IMG/VR virus record: IMGVR_UViG_3300044674_003242
Coordinates: 1 to 31,605 of that record
Reading direction: 5' to 3' (one strand)
DNA from: a virus
Taxonomy: Duplodnaviria > Caudoviricetes
Length of the DNA stretch: 31,605 bases
Part shown: positions 25,820 through 31,605 of the stretch, piece after piece
Layout of the letters: each line of letters begins with the position of its first letter
Numbering within the stretch: position 1 is the first letter of the stretch
The notes under the pieces: generated by a model
The model's database searches: none
Seen by the model: the letters and a program-made list of their open reading frames with translations, nothing else
Told to the model about the DNA's origin: nothing
Program-made: the position numbers and the translations under genes

Positions 25820-26565
25820 AGCGGCCGCCCGATGGCCGCCAGCCGGATGACCGGCGAGGCGCCTCGGCGGGTGCCGGCGTCTTCGTCGTCGTACTGAAAG
25901 CGGAGGCCAGCGTGCGCGCGCTGCATGTCGAAGTGCAGGGCCTTCGCCTGCTGCGCCCACGTCGAGTCAGGGCCGAAGGCGATGGTCCCGACACAAAGCT
26001 GAAGCGCGCGGGCCAGGAGCCAGTCACGGTATCCGGTGGCCTCGCGCACTCGCCACGGCTCGCGGCCGTCGGCGAGCATCTTGCGGATCAGCTCGTAGTA
26101 GGCTTCGTCGATCTGCGGCTGCCACCCGTCGCCAGACCCGCCGCGCGTGGCGGCGTCCTGCGCCTGCGGTACGCGGTGTTGCAGCTCGGGGATCCGGGTG
26201 TAGAGATCCTGCGCGCTGATGACGTTCGGCGGAACGTACTTCACCAGGTAGGCCGAGGCCCGATAGGTCGGGTAAACCACCCCGCTAAACGTCAGCGTCC
26301 AGAGGACATCCCACCCCGCGCCCAGAGTCTCGGAGGCGGCTGGCGTGACCGTGTAGGTCGCAGTGGAGGAGGACACCGTGACGGCCGCCCCCGAGACAAG
26401 GGCGGTTCCGTCGGGCCGGTTGATCGTGACCGTTCCACTGTCCGGCGCCACCAGGTCACCCGCCGAACCGTGCCGGATCGGGGCCTCGATCGTCTGCTCG
26501 GCGCCCCGTTCCAGTAGGTACGGGGCGGGGCGGGCGAGCGCGTAGGTAGCAGCGCGGACAGCCAC
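25813..26565 (-). CDS. Putative head-tail adaptor with N-terminal beta (Ig-like) domain
   Basis: Beta-rich N-half, helical C-half (ISAQDL...QIDEAYYELIRKM...); position after head genes. Confidence 0.6.
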   Translation of the reverse strand: MAVRAATYALARPAPYLLERGAEQTIEAPIRHGSAGDLVAPDSGTVTINRPDGTALVSGAAVTVSSSTATYTVTPAASETLGAGWDVLWTLTFSGVVYPTYRASAYLVKYVPPNVISAQDLYTRIPELQHRVPQAQDAATRGGSGDGWQPQIDEAYYELIRKMLADGREPWRVREATGYRDWLLARALQLCVGTIAFGPDSTWAQQAKALHFDMQRAHAGLRFQYDDEDAGTRRGASPVIRLAAIGRPLW

Positions 26566-26568
26566 GGA

Positions 26569-26991
26569 TCAGACCACCCGGTAAAGCAGGATGATGTCGA
26601 AGGAGCCAGAGTCGAGATCGGGGTCAGCACCGTCGCCGAAGTTCGCGCCGGTGGCGGTGCCCTTCACCTTGACCGCCACGCCCGAGGCGGACGGCATCAC
26701 ACCGTCGTTGCGGTAGCGGCCGGCGGTGGCGCCGAACACGTCGGTCGAGGTGACGAAGGCGTCAGGGTCGCCAGCCGTGCCCACTTCGACAGTCATGTCA
26801 GAGATCGAGCCGGCGTCGGCGTAGGTGGTCTGGAGGTCCACCACGACCAGCAGGATCTCGGCGCCGGTGGGCAGGGTGACGACGGGCAGCGTCTCAGTGG
26901 TCGCGGCCGCGGTCCAGTCCGAGGAGGGCACGCGCACGCGGGCTTCGAGAAGGTTGTCGCCGACGGGGCGGCCGAGGTGGATGGTAGCCAT
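26569..26991 (-). CDS. Putative capsid decoration/cement protein
   Basis: TLPTGAEILLVVVDLQTTY...VEVGTAGDPDAFV jelly-roll-like pattern; near capsid gene. Confidence 0.6.
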   Translation of the reverse strand: MATIHLGRPVGDNLLEARVRVPSSDWTAAATTETLPVVTLPTGAEILLVVVDLQTTYADAGSISDMTVEVGTAGDPDAFVTSTDVFGATAGRYRNDGVMPSASGVAVKVKGTATGANFGDGADPDLDSGSFDIILLYRVV

Positions 26992-27003
26992 GATGTGCTC
27001 CGG

Positions 27004-27738
27004 TCAGCCCTTGCGGGCGCGTTTCGGGGGGGTGACCTTCGCGGCTTTCGCCTCGGCGTGCGCGGCGGCCAGGTCTTGCAGGTCGTCGGGCAGGTGGTCG
27101 ATCGGCGCGTTGTCGAGCAGGGTGGCGACCATCCGGCGGCCTCGGCTGTCCTCGCGGTCTTGCGCGGCGCGCAGGCGGCGGACAAGCGGCTGCATCGCAA
27201 GGTCGATCTGCATCTGGACCAGCCCATCCGGGCAGACCAGCGCGAGACAGTCGCCGAGGAACGCGAGCCAGCCAGGGCGGTCGAACTCCCAGGAGACAAG
27301 GTGGCCGATCCGCTTCGGACGGCGCCACGCCTCGGAGTAGTAGACCACGCCGCGCCCGTGGGACACGCCCTCGTAGCGGTCGAGGTAGGTGCTCACCGGA
27401 GCGGTCTTACGGTCCTCACCGAAGGCGACGGCGGGAAGATCGTGGGGCACGGCGACGTAGCCAACGCCCATGAGGTTGCTGATGAAGCCCTGTCCCCGGC
27501 TGTCGGGGCTGGCGCTGTTCCCGTTCGCGCCGGGCGTGTGCCACGCCTTCGCCAGCGTCGGCAGGATGAGCCCGTCGATGCAGTGGAGCCGAGTCGGGCT
27601 CACGCAATAGGTCCAGGCGTCGCGCTGGCCGGGCAGCGGCATCGCGCCACGGGTGAGCGACGGGCCACCCGCCAGCGATGGGCCGGCGAGCGATGGGGCG
27701 CCGTGGTTCGGCGCGGTGGGGGTGCCGGCGATCGGCAT
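27004..27738 (-). CDS. Hypothetical head-module protein, 244 aa
   Basis: GAGGAGG RBS; N-terminal PSL repeats, basic C-terminus. Confidence 0.75.
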   Translation of the reverse strand: MPIAGTPTAPNHGAPSLAGPSLAGGPSLTRGAMPLPGQRDAWTYCVSPTRLHCIDGLILPTLAKAWHTPGANGNSASPDSRGQGFISNLMGVGYVAVPHDLPAVAFGEDRKTAPVSTYLDRYEGVSHGRGVVYYSEAWRRPKRIGHLVSWEFDRPGWLAFLGDCLALVCPDGLVQMQIDLAMQPLVRRLRAAQDREDSRGRRMVATLLDNAPIDHLPDDLQDLAAAHAEAKAAKVTPPKRARKG

Positions 27739-27761
27739 GTGTCCTCCTCTGGACGGGGGTA

Positions 27762-27788
27762 GCGGGGCGCCCGAGTAGAGCGCCCCGC
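27762..27788 (-). terminator. Stem-loop after capsid gene (terminator/attenuator or RNA stabiliser)
   Basis: GCGGGGCGC...GCGCCCCGC inverted repeat; no U-tract. Confidence 0.45.
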
Positions 27789-27796
27789 CAGCGAAA

Positions 27797-28741
27797 TCAG
27801 CTCACGTAGCGGATCGCGGCCATGCGGCCGTTCTCAGCGATGGCGACGGCGTTGTAGGCCACCGTCTCCAGCGTGCTCAGGCCACCACCGGGCCGGCGGG
27901 CCTCGACGGTGAAGAACCCGGCGTTGATGATCGCGTCCGCCTCGGAGGGCAGGATGACCGGCTGGTGCTTCGAGACGACGGCGCCATCGGTCAGCAGCAT
28001 CCCGAGGGTGTCGCCGCTGTCGGTGTCCAGCTCGGAGTTGAGGTAGGCATCGACGCCGCCGAAGCTGCCGATGTAGGCGCCGCTGCCGGCGTTGGCCATG
28101 AGCTGCTGGATCTGGGGGCTGAGGGCCACCGCGCCGCCGAGCGACAGGGCGTCGTCGGCGAGATCCTTGGCGCCCTTCGCGGTCACCAGAGCGAGGGCGC
28201 GGCCCTGCGCGGCGCCGCGGTCCTTGAGGTCCATGATGCCTTCGTTCAGCGCGGACCAGGTGAGGGGAACGCCGGTGCTCCCGATCTCGTTGGTGGCCGA
28301 GCTGGCGAGGGCGGCGATCTGGTCCACCAGGGACGAGAGCCACGCCATGGTCGAGTCGTAGGCGATGGCGCCGATCACACCCTCGTCGATGAGGCCACCC
28401 TGCAGCGAGCGGGCGTAGTCGCTCACCTTGCGGGCCCACGCGCGCCGGGCCGGGGTGACGACGACGTTGGTGGTGCTGAAGTTGGTGGCGGTGGCTTCGG
28501 TGCCTTCCGCGGTGGCGGCGAGCTTGCCCTGGCCGAGATCGGCGAAGGACATGCCAAGGCCGAGCGCGCCCATGAGCGGACCCAGCCCCGAGTCGCGGGC
28601 GAGCATCGCCTGCATGACGGGGTGTGCGGCGGCCTCGCGGTTCTTCTCGGCGGCGTTGAGAGCCACCTTGATGCCACGAGCGGAAACGGCGATGTTTGCG
28701 TCACCGATTCCAGCGGAAGAAAGCCAGTTGCCAGCAGCCAT
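27797..28741 (-). CDS. Major capsid protein
   Basis: 314 aa after scaffold; EGTEAT, YIGSFGGVDAY patterns consistent with HK97 fold; strongly biased codons; own promoter and downstream hairpin. Confidence 0.8.
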   Translation of the reverse strand: MAAGNWLSSAGIGDANIAVSARGIKVALNAAEKNREAAAHPVMQAMLARDSGLGPLMGALGLGMSFADLGQGKLAATAEGTEATATNFSTTNVVVTPARRAWARKVSDYARSLQGGLIDEGVIGAIAYDSTMAWLSSLVDQIAALASSATNEIGSTGVPLTWSALNEGIMDLKDRGAAQGRALALVTAKGAKDLADDALSLGGAVALSPQIQQLMANAGSGAYIGSFGGVDAYLNSELDTDSGDTLGMLLTDGAVVSKHQPVILPSEADAIINAGFFTVEARRPGGGLSTLETVAYNAVAIAENGRMAAIRYVS

Positions 28742-28823
28742 GATGTGTACCTCAGATGAGCGTTTGTGAATCGCTGCTCAGTGGGTACACGTTTTACGGC
28801 CGGCGCCGGTTGAGCTTGTCGAA

Positions 28824-28852
28824 AGCGTATCAGCCTGCGCCGGTGGTGTCAA
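28824..28852 (-). promoter_or_regulatory. Sigma70-like promoter for the capsid gene
   Basis: TTGACA (28852-28847)-17 bp-TACGCT (28829-28824). Confidence 0.7.
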
Positions 28853-29508
28853 CCGCCTCGGAGGTTCGTGAGCATGGCCTCAAGGCTGTCCTCGACCGGG
28901 GTGGACGCGAGGCGCTGCTCAAGGCTCTGGTTCCGGGCAGGCTGCGCGCCAGCATCGACGCGGGGCGCTCCACCGCGGGCGGGCGCCGGGGCGGGCGCAG
29001 GCGCGGCGGGCAGGTAGCCCGTCAGCACGCGGGGCACCTCGACGGCGGGCGCTGCTTCGGGGTCGGCGCGGTGTGCTTCGAGCGCGGCGACCTGCTGGCC
29101 CCACCAATCCGCCGGGCTCTTGCCTCGGGCGTCCTTCGGCTGCGACTCCCACGCCTGACGCAGTGCGGAGCGGCCGAGATCGTCCTTGATCCCGTGCTCG
29201 ACCAGCTTGATGTCTTCGGCGTGGCGCTGCGCCACCGTCTTGAGCTGGTCGGCGGTCGCCGCCTTGATCTCGTCAAGCTGGGACCGGTAGCCCGTCTGCA
29301 CCTGCTCGAGCTGGGCAGCCATGCCGGCCAACTCGTCGCGGAGCGCCTTGACCTCGCGGGCCTTGGCTGCGAAGCGGTCGTAGGGGACGCGACCGGAGCG
29401 CGGGGCGTAGTCGTCGTCGGCGTAGTCGTCGTCGCTGGTGCGGCTGGTCACCGAGGACAGCGCACGCGCGAGGCGGGCGGCGAGGGCGTCGGGATCGGTG
29501 TCACTCAT
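28849..29508 (-). CDS. Capsid scaffolding protein
   Basis: Acidic N-terminus, RVPYDRF motif followed by coiled coil; between portal and capsid. Confidence 0.75.
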   Translation of the reverse strand: MSDTDPDALAARLARALSSVTSRTSDDDYADDDYAPRSGRVPYDRFAAKAREVKALRDELAGMAAQLEQVQTGYRSQLDEIKAATADQLKTVAQRHAEDIKLVEHGIKDDLGRSALRQAWESQPKDARGKSPADWWGQQVAALEAHRADPEAAPAVEVPRVLTGYLPAAPAPAPAPARGGAPRVDAGAQPARNQSLEQRLASTPVEDSLEAMLTNLRGG

Positions 29509-30811
29509 TGTTGTCCTCCTCGGACGGGTCAGCGGGGGGCGGGGGTGGTGGCGCGTCGGGCGTGGCGGCTTCGAGCGCCTGCGCGATCTCGTCGCGGTAC
29601 AGACAGCCGTAGGCCGTCTCGGGCAGCGTCACCGGGGCCAGGTCGAAGCGGTTGGACATCGCAGCCGCGCGCCGCAGGATCTCGGAGTCGAGCCGGCGGG
29701 CGTCAGGGTAGGTGCGGGCGATCAACGCTTCGAGGGCGCGCCGTTCGTGCTCGAGCGGTTCGCCGCCGCTGGACTCGAAGCCGACGGGCAGGCCGAGCGA
29801 TGCCATGGCGGTCATCTCCCAGTCGCGGATCGCGCGGCCGATGGCCTCGGGGTCGAAGCCTGGGCCGTCCTGCCAGTGCGTGCCCGGTCGGTCGGCGTCC
29901 ATGTCTACCCACTGCAGCACCGTCTCGGGGCCGGTCTGGACGCCTGCGCCGCCGGTGTCGGTGTCGAGCCCGGCGAGCGCCAGCCCGCGGACGTTGCGCT
30001 GTGGGTGGCCGGAATCCCTGACGCCTGCGTGCCAGTGGGTCCAGAGCACGCAGGTCGCGAGCGTGGCCTCGACCAGTTGCGCCGTCGCGTAGGGATGCCA
30101 CGGGTCGCCGACGGTGACAAGCCGGTGGAACGGGCGGCCATCCTCGTAGCGCCACCGGTAGCCGTCGCCGGTGTGCGTCTCACCCAGCACATCAGCCGTC
30201 ACGTCGGCATCTTGGTACTCGACCCGGTAGGACGGCGCGTCGAGGTCGGTGAGGTCGTAGACATCGACCATCGGCACAAGCCCCTTGTCGCGCCACTCTC
30301 GGAGCCGGGTATGACGCACGACCGTCGGCTCGAGGGGATCGTGGCTGGCGTAGGTCAGGTCGAGGCTGTCGGGCTTGACGACCTCGAGGTAGACCTGCTG
30401 CGCTCGCTCGGAGTAGCCGAGCAGCACGCCAGCGTAGCCGGCGCCGAGGCGGTAGGTCATCGCCTCGCGGGATGCCGACACCTGGGGCGAGGGCATCGGG
30501 CGGCCGTCGGCGGTGGCGTAGCGCGCCACCGTGGTCGATGCGCTCTGGTCGCCCATCAGCACGGCCAGCGCTTCGGGCAGGTCATCGACCAGCGGCACCG
30601 GCGCTTCGTGGGCTCGGTTGACGCGCTGCACGTAGCTGCGGAGCGTGTTCCGCGTCATGTCGAGCGGGCCAAGCTGTAGCGCGCGCTCACCCAGCTCGGC
30701 GACGGCGCGGGCGCGCACGTCTTCCCAGTGGGCGCCGTCGAGGATTCGGACGGCGAGCGCCACCTGCTCGGCGGGTTCGCGGGCTCGCCACCGGTTCCGG
30801 TGAAACATCAT
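29501..30811 (-). CDS. Portal protein
   Basis: 436 aa directly after terminase; late SGGEPL motif resembles the portal SG.AL segment; mainly positional. Confidence 0.75.
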   Translation of the reverse strand: MMFHRNRWRAREPAEQVALAVRILDGAHWEDVRARAVAELGERALQLGPLDMTRNTLRSYVQRVNRAHEAPVPLVDDLPEALAVLMGDQSASTTVARYATADGRPMPSPQVSASREAMTYRLGAGYAGVLLGYSERAQQVYLEVVKPDSLDLTYASHDPLEPTVVRHTRLREWRDKGLVPMVDVYDLTDLDAPSYRVEYQDADVTADVLGETHTGDGYRWRYEDGRPFHRLVTVGDPWHPYATAQLVEATLATCVLWTHWHAGVRDSGHPQRNVRGLALAGLDTDTGGAGVQTGPETVLQWVDMDADRPGTHWQDGPGFDPEAIGRAIRDWEMTAMASLGLPVGFESSGGEPLEHERRALEALIARTYPDARRLDSEILRRAAAMSNRFDLAPVTLPETAYGCLYRDEIAQALEAATPDAPPPPPPADPSEEDNNE

Positions 30812-30820
30812 CCGAGGCTC

Positions 30821-31605
30821 CTAATGCCGCACGCCCTCGACCATCGGGATCGCGATGTATCGTAACGCATCGATCCCGTGCTTGTGGGGATCCGTGGGGC
30901 TGGTACTACCCTGCCATTCGTTGAGGTCTTCGATCAAGTCGTGACAGGTGGGGGCGACGGTGAAACGGGCGGGCTCCTGCACCATCAGGCGGTGCAGAAT
31001 CTCGCAGCCTTCCCACACGCTCTGGTCGTACTTGCGGGGCGTCTTCATAAACCGCAGCGGCGCGGGCAGGCTCTCCGACCAGCCCCGGCGGTTCGTGTCG
31101 TGGCCGAGGGCTTCGGCGATGGCCTGTTTCAAACGGGTGTTGCTCTTCTTCCCGCCTCGGTGGTCGCCGTGGTGGGCGCGGTCGCCGATCCACTGGTCCA
31201 CGTCTTCGAGCGCGAGGCCGAGGCCGGCGAGCATGTCGATAATCGCGCGGGCGTCCTGCTGGGTGTCGGTGCGCCCGCTGCCCGACCACTCGGCCATCAC
31301 ATGCACCTCGGAGTAGATGCCCCGCCCGCCGCACGCCACCACGAGCGCGCGCTGGCTGCCCGGCTTGCTGCCGTGGTCGATGCCGACGCCCACGCGCCAG
31401 CCGGCCAGGTCGGAGGTCGGGCGGTCCACCACCAGGTCGCCGCGCCACGCCGAGAAGTAGGCGGCATCCCGGCGGGGCGTGCGGCTGCGCCCGCAGCGCA
31501 TGTCGGCCTCGACCCGGCTGAGGCCCTTCTCGAACTGCTCGATCTCGGTGGGCGACATCCAGGGCATCTCAAGGATGCCACCGCGGGGCGTCACAGCGTC
31601 GATCG
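30821..31605 (-). CDS. terL: Terminase large subunit, C-terminal nuclease domain (5' end outside window)
   Basis: VGVGIDHG and HGIDALRY RNase H-like terminase motifs; frame open to window edge. Confidence 0.9.
   Translation of the reverse strand, partial: IDAVTPRGGILEMPWMSPTEIEQFEKGLSRVEADMRCGRSRTPRRDAAYFSAWRGDLVVDRPTSDLAGWRVGVGIDHGSKPGSQRALVVACGGRGIYSEVHVMAEWSGSGRTDTQQDARAIIDMLAGLGLALEDVDQWIGDRAHHGDHRGGKKSNTRLKQAIAEALGHDTNRRGWSESLPAPLRFMKTPRKYDQSVWEGCEILHRLMVQEPARFTVAPTCHDLIEDLNEWQGSTSPTDPHKHGIDALRYIAIPMVEGVRH

Larger units (their letters stand above)
1..31605. mobile_element. Tailed phage/prophage genome segment (siphovirus-like gene set)
   Basis: Contiguous terminase-portal-scaffold-capsid-tail-tape measure-lysis order plus phage recombination/replication genes; no host housekeeping genes and no tail sheath recognised. 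Confidence 0.95.

Noticed and set aside
1-31605. tRNA, rRNA, integrase/att site, tail sheath, specific host assignment
   Set aside because: None recognised; intergenic gaps are short and explained by promoters or hairpins; host cannot be assigned from sequence inspection alone

Overview
High-GC window that appears to be most of a tailed (siphovirus-like) phage or prophage genome, cut inside the primase gene (left edge) and the terminase large subunit (right edge). It has three blocks. (1) A minus-strand recombination/replication block (7801->1): RecE/ExoVIII-like nuclease, conserved partner protein, small genes, SNF2-like helicase, N4/N6 DNA methyltransferase, SF2 helicase, HNH endonuclease and an AEP primase-like gene missing from the ORF track. 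(2) A plus-strand block (7937->11088) rich in small DNA-binding proteins, plus RusA and a signal-peptide protein, driven from back-to-back sigma70-like promoters at about 7844-7905. (3) A minus-strand late operon (31605->11085): terminase, portal, scaffold, capsid, head/tail connectors, tail tube, tail assembly chaperone with a predicted -1 frameshift, gp10-like protein, tape measure, a large Asp-box tail protein, hub, fibre, M15A endolysin, holin, membrane/coiled-coil proteins and a metallophosphoesterase. The most unexpected observation is a stand-alone PAS-like sensor domain gene (13124-13495), translationally coupled inside the lysis cassette. Other points of note are a repeated hairpin-plus-RBS element bracketing a secreted-protein gene and structured leaders on late genes. 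No integrase, tRNA, rRNA or CRISPR array was seen. All calls come from by-eye motif recognition and synteny; no searches were run.
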